Below are positions 26,946 to 40,286 of a DNA stretch of 64,000 nucleotides, in pieces. Each line of letters starts with the position of its first letter. Position 1 is the stretch's first letter. The stretch is from Trichoplax adhaerens (taxonomy: Eukaryota; Animalia; Placozoa): positions 958,267-1,022,266 of the forward strand of contig NW_002060964.1 in assembly GCF_000150275.1 (NCBI RefSeq), written 5' to 3'. The notes under the pieces were generated by a model that worked only from the letters and a program-made list of their open reading frames with translations, made no database searches and had not been told where the DNA came from. Made by a program: the position numbers and the translations under genes.

Positions 26946-27591
26946 TGTCGCAGAGTACTAATCTTGATCAGTAGTCCAAGATATAAGAAGATTACAGTAA
27001 TACTTCTATGTGAATTTTTTTTGTCTGCAGATTATATACTAGCGAAAAGATCAAATTGTGTGAGATGCAATATTGTGATCTGTATCAGAATTAGATATTT
27101 CTAGATTTAATGTTAGCGCTATGTTCGATTGGCCGCGAGACCGTTGTTTAGCCGTGTTGATTGGATTCAGACTAATGACACCGCAAGCCGAGGATTAACT
27201 ACTTCACGGGAGATGAAGCTGTGAGTCCAGGGGGAACTGGATTGGCTCCGGAAGGCCAAAACAAGGGTCAAGAAGACGAAAACAAGGCACAGCTAGCGGT
27301 GGCCAAAATTTACAGTATAGTAAAATGCTAATAAATGTTAGTCCCTGTATGGGAATTTTTACGTTAGAGATTTGTCTAAAATATGCTGACAAATAGCTCA
27401 GACCCAAATAGTATAAAAGGGTCTTAGAGCGAGAGCTAAAGTAGACTCTCAGTTTTGCTAAGTCAGAAGTACTAGACAACTTTCTACTATAGGTTACAGT
27501 TTCTCGTTATTGCTAATATCGAATAACCTTTTAACATTGTAATAAAGTTATTTTTATTCTACGACGTTCGGTCTCGATATTACTGTGAACA
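26946..27591 (+). mobile_element. Candidate solo LTR (646 bp)
   Basis: Termini TGTCGCAG...CTGTGAACA are imperfectly inverted, with flanks ATAGT/GTAGT (4/5 TSD). The GC-richer interior has GATTGG at 27127, 27159 and 27240, TATAAAAG at ~27412 and AATAAA at 27541. No empty-site paralog is available in the window. Confidence 0.5.
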
Positions 27592-28595
27592 GTAGTTAAG
27601 ATGAGCTTAGAAGTAGCTATTATTACATGAGGCTATAATGATTAACTTAGAAATTAAAATTTTAACCGTAGCAAAGGTTCCCATTCAATCAGTCTCTTTC
27701 TGGAAAGATGAACTACTGCGCAATTATCGTTTAAATGAGAACTTCCTTTCAACAATATCAAACCAAGCCTTAGTTTTAGTTGTTTTTTTACCTTTAATAG
27801 ACTTCAAGGGTAATTCCAATGGAAAGAAACACTCAAATAGTTGCCAAATTATGACAGTCATGATAGAAAAAAATTGTCTTACAGACAAATAATACATATT
27901 CAATTGAACAAACGGATGTGAAAAACCAATTCGAACATAGAAAAGAACGTAATCTCAGCCAGTTATATACCAAAACGAATAACTAGAAACTCTCGTACCG
28001 ATGTTATATGCTTACATAGAAACTTGCCATGAAAATCGAAATTGGATTTTTCTATCCAGGCAACAGCAATTATTTAAATGCAGTATGTTTAACTTGTTTT
28101 AAAGGCCATATTACTTTATCAAACACCAAATAAACTAATAACATCCAATTAAAATGGAGTCAATGTTGTATATATAACAAAATATCATGTTATTAATTAT
28201 AATGCAAACTTTTAGCTTTCCTTATTGTATCATTTCTTATTTACTGGATTGATTTCATTCGCTATTACTTATATTATCACTTCAATTGTAATATTCTGAC
28301 TGAATCTCAATTCCATAAGGACTTACTGACATTGAGCTACATAAAGGCAATCTTAGGGACGACGATGATACTAAGTATAGCCTGCTAATACACGGAATCT
28401 CATTAAATTAACAAGCAATGTAAGAAAATCTATGAGGGCAAGAAAATGATAACTTTCAATCATAATTATCTATTAACCGATAGAAGACAACAATTTAATC
28501 TTCAATAAACTGCATTACTGAGGGCTAGAGCGAGGGCGATAAAAGCAAGCTGCCTCGAATAGAGAAAACTCGTATCATCTTATACAGTAAACAAT

Positions 28596-30885
28596 TTAGA
28601 TAGTCTCGGTATCGACGGCAGTATCACTGCTTTTGCTACTTTCATCTGTAGTATCAGCATTAGACCTTTTTTGCTGGAAAGAATCATCGTAATTACCTCT
28701 CAACTTAAATAGTTGTTTAAAATGAGGCTTGCAATATAGTACTCCACGCAAACCAGCAAAATTGCCAGCACTAATTTAGTAAAGGAAAAAATGATGTACA
28801 ATCAATTATAATCGATAAGAAATGTAATAAATTATGTAAGAGTGAATTCAAATTCTCTTCAAACCTCAACGTTTTTTTACACTCTGTACAGCGAAAGCAA
28901 GTCTTGTGATAACATTTTCCATCGGCTTCTAATCGCTCCATAAAATAAGCTACTTTACCACATAATTTACATGTTTGATTTTGAGAGCCAAAGCGAGCAG
29001 CAATGCCACTAGCTCGACTAGTTGGTTTTGCTTGGGATACCTTAGCATCGTCAGTCATGATGTTATTATTAGAATGTAAATGAAAAGTTTGTTTTTTTGT
29101 AATCTTACAACTTGATTGATTAGTGTATATAATAGCAGTAGTTGCGTACTAATGTTAGACTACGCTATCGTACTCTACTATTTTTTGGTCTGTGAACTGA
29201 CAAATTACGCCAATTAAATTACAAGTGTCCGTGTTTTGCCGTTAATTTCAATCTATCCGTAGTAATAAATATCGCTAACTAAGAGTATTGGAAAAATAAG
29301 TATAAATACACTACCGAATTTTCACGAGATCTCTTCTCAAACAATTCAGACATCTACAGAAGAGCAAAGTGCAAAAAAATACATCGTCAATTACAAGCGT
29401 TTCAAAGTTCAATGCAAATTAAGTTGTTTATCCATCTCTATTCTACCTATAGCATTCAAAAGTAAATATAATGCAATTATTATGGTTAACTATTCAACTC
29501 AAATCAACATATGTACATTGGGTCAAGTTTGTAAACTTGAAATAGGAATGTATTTTTCGATTGTTTAACGACTAGGTCAATATGGTCAATACAACATCAT
29601 TGGATGTCAATAAAGATAATCAATAGTCTAGATGTATTTCTTTTATTTTACCTTTCTAGCACTTCCGCTGGCTGTAGTTGCTTCGTCTTCTGCCTAAAAT
29701 CGCAGTTGACGAGGATTAGATTATGATGTCATTATCGTAGAATAGAGTAGAGATTTTTATGTATTGAATCGTCAATTACAACATGTTACTCTACTGTAGT
29801 TCTACATATCCAAGCCAACCTCTTCATTGACGTCTTCACTAATCGAACGGCCAAAGTTACTACCCTCATATTTTGTTTGTTTAAGTTGCACCTTACGAAC
29901 ACTAGCAAAAAATGACTATTATCAACATTGGACGGCAGGAGTAGAAAAGTTACTACGATATTGATGTCGGTAAAAGGCGCCGTTTTTAAAAGTATTCATG
30001 GTAGGATACTTATTTTAACAGGGAAAAGATAATTGATATCAAGTAATTACCCAACAGATGACTTTCTTTCCATATTGTTAATCTTCAATTGTAAACTACT
30101 AATCTGTAATATCAAAGTATCGATACATTTAGCAAAGGGTACAGTATACTGTAGATCGAAGTTAGAAGCTACAAGGGACTTACTTGACTGTCCTTCGATT
30201 TAATTTGCCTGTCCAATTCTCGTTTTTGTTCCATTAGTGCAACTCGAGACTCTTTCAGATCTGTCATCGCTTGGCGTAATTCATTGAGCCTCGCTTCATG
30301 GTTTGATATTGCGCCATTTCCATCAGCGTCTAAAGTAGAAGAGAAAATAGATATACTGTATAAACCTCATTCAATCCATTTTCTAACACTTGAACGAGTT
30401 TTATTGCTCTTCTAGCTCAGTTACATATCTACAGCGTATCATATAGACCAGGCGATGATGAATGCTTGCCGATCGATAATTATTATTTACGTCCATGTCA
30501 TCATGACACAATTCTTATTACTTACTTTTATTATTTGTAATGTTGGGGTCATCGTTGACAGGCTATGGCAAGAAATAACATGAGTAGATCAAGTTAATTC
30601 ATTGGCGAAATTGATTCACTTTACACATATTCAATAGGAGCAACTTGCACATGTAAGTTTGTTAGCAAAATCTATCTTATCGAAATTTTACTCATTTACT
30701 ACGTAGTCATTATTAACTTTCTGGTTGCAGTCATAACTACAAACCCTAGTTAAAACCTGGAATAAAATCCACTGATCTATCATACTTGTTCACATTGTCA
30801 TACTAAGTTTATTTGTTTCCCATTACCAAATATATCATTTTTACACATCAGGTAACTTATCTATTTTACCTACCTCAATATCCAT
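28596..30885 (-). CDS. Coiled-coil + C-terminal LIM-domain protein (LIMD2/EPLIN/MICAL-type LIM), >=8 exons
   Basis: The LIM domain is split over two exons: [35 protein letters not shown]|[31 protein letters not shown]. Upstream exons at ~30874-30885, 30525-30563, 30184-30329, 30050-30104, 29819-29900 and 29651-29695 all join with consistent phases. The coiled coil is [34 protein letters not shown]. The gene may extend to the hydrophobic ORF at 31179-31367. Confidence 0.85.
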
Positions 30886-31604
30886 GTTGATAGCACGTAC
30901 AGCGGCTTTGCGATAATACGATGCAGTAGTTTTACTTTTTCCTCCAAGATATGAATTTAGACTTTGTTGTAGGTTTCCTTTATCTCAGTTTTACCTATTG
31001 AAGGATGATGATGGTTAATATAGAGTTACTAAAAAGCCTTATCGTGCAGGTATAATAATGTCTTTTTTAAGTTCTACATTGTTGGTCGTCTTGCGTTTAC
31101 TACTCCCTTTCCAATCTGCACTTAAAGTAAGAACATGATTGGCCAATTTTACTTCAATAATAAGGAATTGTACAGCAATCATTTGTGCTGATCTCTAGCT
31201 ATTCTATCGAAGGCAGAATATCCAGTTACTATTTTAAAAAGGACAAGTGATATTAATGCTGCTACAAATGACTGATTGCTTATAGTCTCATCAAGTACAG
31301 AATTATAGATGTAGTAGATGAGTAATAGTGCTACAAGCCATCGACCTAGATGCTTTGCAAGGTCCATGATAGGAGCAAATAATAATCATCTCTGGTCATA
31401 GTTGAGAAGGCTAAAATTTGAAGAAGGACAATAGCAATAAATAACGATGTAAGTGAATGCAATTCATCTGTAATCGTTAAAAAAATTCATTCATTTCATT
31501 AAGAAGAATAAGCCATGCTATAAACTACAAATATCAAGCCACCTAGAGGAATAAAATACTCTAACTGCATGCAAAATTAATTTCGCAAAAAGAGGTAGTG
31601 TCCT

Positions 31605-32230
31605 CGTACTCGAGCTAGAATTGAACTCGTTCTATTACGACTTGTCCAATTTCCTAGCCATGATGGCTTCAAATTCATTCTCAATTTACTACAAGAGATT
31701 CACTGGTGTTTAGTATTATAGATGTCTGATAGAGGCATTGAGCCTGAACTTGAGCGAAAATTAAGCTTGATCCCTTGCGACTTGTCTTATTTCTTGCTCA
31801 TTATGGCTATTGTGTCCTCATACTTAAGCTACAATTGAACTCAATCTATTGCTACTTGTTCTATTTCTTACTCATGATGGCTTCTAAATTCAATTTGTCA
31901 AAGGACATTCGTTTCCAGTACTAGTATGGATGTTAAAATAAAGAAATTGTACCCAATCGATTGCGGCTTTTCCTATTTCCTACTCATGATGCCTTCTGAA
32001 ATTCAATCTGTCAAAAGAGAGACTTTCTTCGTATTATAATTATGGGCATAAAAAATAAAAAAATTGAGCCCTGGGCTAAAACTAGAATTGAAGTCGATTG
32101 ATTGCGACATGTTCTATTTTCTACTGATGATGGCTTATGATCCACTCTCCATTTGCCATAAAAGATTCGTCCCTTGTACCATGGGTGTTAGGATAAAGAA
32201 ATTGATCGTGAACTCGATCGCTCGTGATTT
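31605..32230. repeat. About five degenerate tandem copies of a ~75-140 bp unit
   Basis: CTTGTYCTATTTCYTACTCATGATGGCTT-like motif at ~31641, 31781, 31855, 31968 and 32109; CTAGAATTGAACTC-like motif at ~31615, 31829 and 32082. Confidence 0.8.
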
Positions 32231-33119
32231 GTTCAAAAAAGAATCAATCCATTGGCTGCTAACTGACTTGAACCCATCTATGAATCGCCATGTTGAGTAA
32301 GCCTGACGGCAGAAAAGCTTTTTCCTTCATGGTAGAATGATCATGGAGCTTATTATGACAGCTTGAGCATGTTATTTGTTGTTGTTCGTTGCGATGAAAT
32401 TAAATAGAATAAAAATTACAGGCTCATTCATAACTCTGCTTATTAATTATATTATTAATGTTCATGTCCATGGGATAGTGGAAATACAAATAGAGTTAGC
32501 TTGGGGCCAACAGCGGTCATAATTTCATCTAGCAATATTGATCAGTTTGCAGTGATTATCGGTATAAAGTGCAACTGCAGTCTGTTCCATATGATTTCTA
32601 ATTTCATTTTCTCCGTAGATAAAGCTAAATCAAGGATATCCATTGCAAATTGTGGCAATGGCCATATTTCATTTTGGGCAAACAGGAAGCAATGACTAAC
32701 TAATGTAATAGCAGAAAAATTGTGGCAAATATCACTGCGGGATGTTATACTCGTCACAATAATAAACATTATAAACTGTATACTCGTATATAATTAATAA
32801 ACGAATTGTTATATTAATAAAAACAAGTGATCAAGTCGAAATTTCTTGTTACGACTTAATTAAGGTATGATTCAGTTTTATATGCTATTATGAAATTGCG
32901 AACTCATGTTGCCCATCGTAGGGCAGAATCTCTTCCTTAGGTCCTACTGCAGTTTATGAAACAGAAGTGTTTAATGGCGACCTCGATCCACACAAGCCAT
33001 GACAATGTGTGCTTGAAAGAGATCCTCTCATCTTCGTAAATACATCCATAATACATCCGAATAGTAAAATGAAATTTAAAGAATCAAGTGCTACTATCGT
33101 TTTTTATTTAGTAATATCG

Positions 33120-33315
33120 TGGAAAGCTCTAACTAGGCCTCTGTGTAGCGATTTCAATGATAGAATGAAATCGTATCGTCAAAAGCTTGAACTAGGTCTC
33201 TATCCCATGTAGGGATTTCAATATCAACGATAGAATGAAAACGAATGGTGAAAAGCTCTAAAAGAAAAGGACACTGCTATCCTATGTAGTAATTTCAATA
33301 CCCATGACAGAATCA
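33120..33315. repeat. Three-copy degenerate ~65-75 bp tandem repeat
   Basis: AAAGCT..TGTAG..ATTTCAAT..GAYAGAAT recurs three times. Confidence 0.75.
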
Positions 33316-35618
33316 GTTGCAAATCATCTGTTGTCATAGTCAATAAATTCCAAATGATGAGAAAGTAAAATCAAGAGCTCTAATGATGATGATCCATCAC
33401 CATAGGCAGAGATTACTTTGCCGCATGTAATGGTTGAAATGATAGGGAAAAATCGCCAATGAATTGCAAAGTATAAAAAGCCAACTGCAATCCTAGCAGA
33501 TTTCATCACCATCCTCATCAACACTTTCCTGCCAACGTTGGTCCACTTTAACTTCATTAAAAGCAACTTGATTGATTCGGATGATCATTCTCATGATGGA
33601 ACTCTTTCATTTTACCATAGTCATCACAGTAAAGCGTCCAATGTAGCAAATGACTCCACCAAAATGCTGCTATGGGCATAATTGAACTGATCTTCAAAGT
33701 ACCGGACTTGATCCATTTTGACCCTCGAGATGTAAACTTGAAGGCCATGATTAAATCATCAAGTAGTTGAAAATCACTGCAGGATACCCCGTTATGATAA
33801 CATCTTCCATCATGATTGGACAGAGTATGTGAAGACGAATCCAATATATTGTACTATTGCCGCTATCACACCGATCCAATGCTATTTATTGGATGCACAC
33901 GGTGAAAATATCCTATCCCAATCGACTCCATCTCTAAACATGATCGAACGGCCTAATGTTGAAAATATCACCCTCGCATCATGGGCGTTATTGCACGATT
34001 TCAAGTCAGAATTAATCCATCTAATCTTGTGCTTGTTTTACGTATCGTTGATGGCCACTGATGAAATCTTAAACTGTGAAAATATGCTCGCCATGTCATC
34101 CAATAGCTCAATCATCATTTCATCTTCAAAACGAAACCTTTCCTTTCTCGAACATACAGTAGAGGATACTATCAAAATGGGCTCATGGCTACTAGGATTG
34201 ACAATGACATGTTGAATGGAGATTTTGACCTCGTTGTTATCCTTCCCTTCTCCTACTGATCCCATTCCAACCCTACACCATCATAACATAGGAGAACTTG
34301 AGGAAGATTGGATCATTGAGATCAAAGCTTTTTCTTCGACCTCCATGTTGATGGCAATCCATAACAGGGACCATGTCAGTATCGATATTTGTCATCAGCT
34401 GATGTTCAATTCATCTCTAAACTCGAACTCTAACTAGGTCAAAGTCATCATCACCATCACCAAGTGGGAAAACTTTTGGATAGTATGAACTACACCATAT
34501 CGAATAATCCTCCATCAGGACTGTGTCAGCATTTACAGCAATTAAAACTACATCTGCTAAATACGTCACAGCTACTATAACAAAAATAAGAGAATTTCGG
34601 GGGATGTGGACCATCGAGTTCAAAAAATTTTCCTCGTTCCCTCTACGGTATGAGCTACGCCATATCGGGCACGAATCAATCGGAAGTCTTGCTATCCTAG
34701 CCTGCCATCACTGATCCCTGGCCATTCCTCCATTGCGATTGTGTCAGCGTTAATTCATCATCAGCTGATGTTTAATTGATTTATCCTACCATAAACTAAC
34801 ATTCTAAACAACGGCTCCTACAATCAAGTGAGTGTTATTATTCTAGAGGACATGGAGGACACAGACGACGACATGTCAAGTAGAAATTCATGAAAGTCTG
34901 TTATTCTAGCCTGCTCTTACTGATCCCTTCGTACTCCTTCCTCTACAGTTAATAGACTACGGCATACCGAGTAGAAATGGATCAAGTCTTGTTCGCTCAG
35001 CCTGTTCTCACTAATGACAATATTCTCAAAATATCCGATTATGTAGGGTGCATTGATTATCAGCTGGTGCTGAATTTCCATCCAATCGTAAACACAGTCT
35101 ATCCGATCACATCGCTAACAGCAATCATAATACAGTAAAGTAAAAAAACAGAGAATTGATCCAAGTCTCGTGATCCTAGCTCTCACGACATCAATAATAC
35201 ACTTTTACATGTCTTTTATCATTAGCCGCGATTGCAATGCTCGCAATAACATCCAATTTCCAACACATCCTATGATGAATGAACGCTTCCATAAACAACT
35301 ATTGCCCCATGGACGACAGTCAGACCACTCTACTATGGCTGCTATAATCGCAGCTTGACTCAACGATTAAAATAAATCAATACCAATGTTGTTGTAGATG
35401 ATTAATTGAATTGGATATGATCTCTTACCTTGTTGCGATGATGCAGTTCGCTTAATCGTTCAATCATGTCATCAAGTATTCATGCAAAGGAAAAGAATAC
35501 ATTGTTTATTCGAGTAGAATAGTTATTCTTAACATCAATCATCACCATCATTATTGATGATGGTTATTCTAGCTCAATCAAAGAACATGACAAGGATAAA
35601 ATGGCCATTTTTTTTTAC

Positions 35619-35900
35619 CTTTTCGATTTGGGAATGGCCGCCCAGGGTCCAGGATAGGGAGACCAAATGTTTATGACATACCTATAGAATGCCCGAATCC
35701 TTATATTGACCGTGACATTTACATCAATCGGGAGGGCCAGTAAATTATGTCGGCAAAGTAGGGGTGGTCCAGTTCTTCATGATCGGCGCCATTCTCCTAG
35801 TATCATGCTCTATACTACACTACGAGATCCATATTGTGCTTTGTCATGGATGTCCAGTAGAGTCTTGCTTTTGCTCTCCCGTACAAAAGCTTGTTGATTC
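35619..35900 (-). pseudogene. Decayed exon with fibronectin type III-like C-terminal half
   Basis: The minus strand reads LLALPIDVNVTVNIRIRAFYRYVINIWSPYPGPWA, resembling the FN3 pattern LxP..Y.VRVRA...GPWS, and ends at a gt donor. In-frame stops lie upstream. Confidence 0.35.
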
Positions 35901-35952
35901 TGAGGTAAGCTAATCATTTCCTACTGCATTCATCATTCACCGTCCAGCAAAT

Positions 35953-36455
35953 AAGGAAGTCTTTCCACAGCAATGGCAATCGACATGCGGACGGATGGGT
36001 TATCCAACTCCAATTGCATTACTGCCATCGTTAACCCTTAGTGATGGATTCAAGTAATAATGAAGAAGCAAAATGAGCTTGTACTGTTAGGAGACAGCAA
36101 GGACTAGACAATATCGTAAAAAGGAAGTCTTTCCACTGCAATAATCATCGACATGCGGACGGATGGGTTATCCAACTCCAATTGCATTACTGCCATCGTT
36201 AACCCTTAGCGATGGATTCAAGTAATAATGAAGAAGCAAAATGAGCTTGTACTGTTAGGAGACAGCAAGGACTAGACAATATCGTAAAAAGGAAGTCTTT
36301 CCACTGCAATAATCATCGACATGCGGACGGATGGGTTATCCAACTCCAATTGCATTACTGCCATCGTTAACCCTTAGCGATGGATTCAAGTAATAATGAA
36401 GAAGCATGATGAACTTGCACTGTCCTGAGACTGCAAGGATTGAACAAATATCGTT
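35953..36455. repeat. Three-copy 168-bp tandem repeat, near-identical
   Basis: AAGGAAGTCTTTCCAC starts at 35953, 36121 and 36289 (exact period 168). The third copy diverges at its end. Confidence 0.97.
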
Positions 36456-38870
36456 GCTTTATAGCGATTGAATAGATATCTAGAATGCACATCAGCACAT
36501 ATAGTCTTTAGTCGTTTTGATCAGTTATGCTTTTGGTATTGTCGTAACATCGCCTGTCCTGTAAACTACTGCTTGTTACCTTGTAGTGTACGCGCCATAC
36601 AACGTGGGGAATCCTAGATATCGTACAATATTATTTATTTATTTATTTACGGCTTATCTAAACCTTATCTAATGTTACTAGATTAAGATTACATGCTACA
36701 AATGTTCACGTGCATTAGGATATGGTATTCAAGTTATGTTGGTACTAGAGCTGATTCGTTGTCACAGTTCTTATGTCTCGTTAACGTGTGTATGATATCG
36801 CGCTTGGCATGTGCTTCCAATAAAATAGACTAAAAAAAAGGAAAGCTCAAAGTCTCAGATCTTGATCTCGTTACAGGTATTACTTAAATTATGGATTACG
36901 AAAGTACTCAATTTGTTTTCAAATGCATATTGCGTTGAGAAATGCTGGAATACCGTATTGTTGTGATATACTTTGTGCAGTATGTAATAACAACACGAAA
37001 TGGCTAATTTGATCAAGATCGTGCAGTGGCATGAGCTTTCTCATTTCATCAAGGCCGTGCAGTGAAAAGGGTTATCTCATGAAATGCCTGCAAGTACTTC
37101 AGTAAAGATACATAAATCAAATTGCCAATCTTATCTTGATCGAGAAGTTGCAAGAGCTATCTAGCTGGAATCATTTACATTAACCTCAGCTACTATGCTT
37201 TCGATAATGTCCTATTGTAAGATCTCTCTTCACTTCACTTATATTTGATCAATTTGCTAGAATTAGCAAAACACTATCTTATCTCACAATATTACAATTA
37301 CTGTACTTTCGATAGTACTTAGGACGTATAACTAGAATATAACTTGGCTAGTTAATACTGAAGGAATCTTAAAATTTACGCGGTACTACACCTACCTACG
37401 GACAAAAATGACTCATAGCACAATCGAGATAGTTTATGAATCACAACATGAATTTTCGTTTGCTAGTCAATGCATGATAGACTAAAGAGATAAAATGAGC
37501 TTGCACTGCCAGTAGACAGCCATGACTTTAAAATTGCTAGTCCTATCAAGGTCGTGCTATTACAGAAGATGGTACATGTAATTAATTTACACTATTGGGT
37601 TATAGCAGTGTAAGTAAACATACAAGTCAATGGAAAATAAAATCGCAAACTAAAATCATGAATATCGATTTCTGCGAGCAATAGACAACTCAATTGAAAT
37701 ATTTAATAAAGTTTACAGCATGCAGCTACTGGAGTAATGTTGTCAATTCTAATCAACCGAACTCTGTAAAGCTATAGTACTGTATACATGCAAATTCTAG
37801 CTCAAATAGACCCTATTCACTACCATATGCTGTTTTTGCAACAGTTTCGACCAGAGTTAGAAGCCCCTTTTCAACATGATCTCAAAATACAATTTTTGAG
37901 ATCCCCAAGACTTCATGATAACAGAAGTAAGTCATTTTGATAACAATCCATTTTTAAGTATTTTCAGCAATATAGGAAAGAATACTTCAACTATTGCAAC
38001 ATAGTCGAATTTCAACTACTGTATTGCTATGCATGCAATACTGCAACACAAATTATATATTAGCCACAGTTTGTAAGCCCTGCGCTAGCCAAGACATTCA
38101 CACATAGTGAATCTAATCAAACCAAATTCAAGCACGTATTTAGGAAAATTGCAAGCAATCATGATAGAAAAGCTAGACTATAGCCTTGTATTCAACTACA
38201 TTTTCTAATAGGCATGTAGCTGCTTCGGCCAGTGGGTTCGTAACATACACGCATACCCATCACCTTAATGGTGTGAAATACAGTAAAATATACATGCGCT
38301 TACTTTCTAATTCTTCAAAGCCTTAACGCCAAAATAATGATAAGAACTCAGATTCTGTAACTTTAGGCCAACTGATAGTTTATTGGATAGTATAGCATAT
38401 CAAAATTATCTGCTTTAGAGGATTCAATATATACAAAAGATATGCAAAAGAGTACTAGGACGTAAAAAAATATACCATTTTGTTGTCAATTAATAAAATC
38501 TTGTCGGCAAGTAGATATATAATTATGCTAAAATAGTGACACCCTATTGCAGGTGTAAATTATGACTAACTGTAAATGCCATTGGGCTAGATGTAGAAAT
38601 TCATCATGCTCATTGCTGCGTACTATATTGTCCTGTCTTGGACAACTAAATGTTAGTAAATCGACGTCAATAGGCTATTATTATACTGATGTCTATTTCC
38701 GTTTTTACAAGTATAATTCTTATATATCCAGTGGAAATGAAACTAGGATGCTAATAAATACTCCTAGAATTGAAATGAAAAGTAATGATGAGAATAAGCG
38801 TCCGAGTTATACCTACAAAATTGTATTCGATTTAACAAGTGGATGAGCCTCAGAGCGTAACTGTAAGAAG

Positions 38871-40286
38871 TTAAATATCCTGATCAAGTAACGGCTTGCC
38901 TTCTGCATTCTGCGCTACACGGATCTGTCTTGTATCGTTAGCAAGCAATGACTTCACTTTCATGTAATAAAAATGAACACTATACAACGTAGTAGGCAAG
39001 GCTATTAGTGATGCAAAAATACTCATTATACAAGCAGCAAGGAAAGTAGACGAAGCATCATTGGATGATATCTTCAGAAAAAGTTGATAGCCACTCATGA
39101 TAAGATTGGCTACTATAAAGAAACTTGTCAGTACACATAAAATAGTATAAGTACTATAAGTCATGACACACTTTTTACGAAGGATGTTAGCAGCAGTTCT
39201 ACCACTTGCCATTAAGAGGCAGCCAGTTAAGCCAGTAAATACAACTATAGGATCACCATATAAAATAGCAATAGCCAAGACTGCGGCTACAAAGCATATC
39301 ATTGCGCTTATAAATTGGATGACAGCAAAACAAAATTCTCGACTCTGGATCGCATATTCATATCCCATCCATTCTTCGCCATTCCTAACTGAATCAAATT
39401 TGTGAAGTCCCAGCCTACTTCCCACTAAAACTTCAACATAAACTGCGAAAAAAAAGCCAACTATGGAAGCTGCCAGTAAAATAAAGAGGAAAACGTAGAT
39501 CAGAGAACGATTGGAAATAAATGATGTGGCCCCCTGCGCCATATAAACGATATCACAAATCATCACTAGCCAACACGCCATCATAGCAATTCGACTAAAA
39601 GCAACAAACCAATTACCAGTATTGGCTGAATTCAGTTTAGCTGTAAATTCTCCCATGATACCCGATGTAAATATCATGGAACCAGCAGCAATAGCAACAA
39701 CAGGATAAACGATGGTGACATTGAATAATCCAACCATACCAATAATGGTGAGCACTATCCCAGCGAAAATTTGCCAAACCGCTAACGTTTTGTATTGAAC
39801 ATCACAACAACCATATTCATCGGCCCAGCTATATCGAACCCAAATACCTCTTCTGGTATGATTGTGATCATTACCATCATCATCCGTGGTTGTTAGGTAA
39901 TACTTATTGACAGATATGAAAGCAACGATGAGTATTGCACTAGTGCTGATACCGTTGATGATAAAGAGGATCGTAGGGCCAGAAAGATGAAAGTAGCCAT
40001 TAGTAATAAATATACTACAGTAGATGATAAAATTGCTCAAGCCTAAATGCAAGCACCAAAATGATAAGGCAAAGATAGCGGTAGTAACAGTATCATGAGG
40101 AGCATTCTTGCGATAAAATAGACAGAAAGCCAAAGACAATACCGCTATTGCAGGTAGTATGGGACCAGTAAAAGCAAGTGTGCGAATAGTTTGATCAGCT
40201 GCTATGGGAAGAACCACAAAAGAGACAACACTTAACAGAAAATTTCCCATTCCAAATAAGAGCAATACCATAATAATCCATTCCAT
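38871..40286 (-). CDS. Intronless ~12-TM membrane protein, apparently 3 tandem CD20/MS4A-like 4-TM modules (paralog A)
   Basis: 471-aa ORF with 12 hydrophobic segments in three groups of four. Module 2 reads KTLAVWQIFAGIVLTIIG..YPVVAIAAGSMIFTSGIMG. It is clearly paralogous to 42508-43908. Confidence 0.85.
   Translation of the reverse strand: MEWIIMVLLLFGMGNFLLSVVSFVVLPIAADQTIRTLAFTGPILPAIAVLSLAFCLFYRKNAPHDTVTTAIFALSFWCLHLGLSNFIIYCSIFITNGYFHLSGPTILFIINGISTSAILIVAFISVNKYYLTTTDDDGNDHNHTRRGIWVRYSWADEYGCCDVQYKTLAVWQIFAGIVLTIIGMVGLFNVTIVYPVVAIAAGSMIFTSGIMGEFTAKLNSANTGNWFVAFSRIAMMACWLVMICDIVYMAQGATSFISNRSLIYVFLFILLAASIVGFFFAVYVEVLVGSRLGLHKFDSVRNGEEWMGYEYAIQSREFCFAVIQFISAMICFVAAVLAIAILYGDPIVVFTGLTGCLLMASGRTAANILRKKCVMTYSTYTILCVLTSFFIVANLIMSGYQLFLKISSNDASSTFLAACIMSIFASLIALPTTLYSVHFYYMKVKSLLANDTRQIRVAQNAEGKPLLDQDI

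Noticed and set aside
30199-30215. TTAATTTGCCTGTCCA match between a LIM-gene exon and the 12-kb repeat core (both read DRQIK)
   Set aside because: It is a short match with no flanking similarity, so probably chance.
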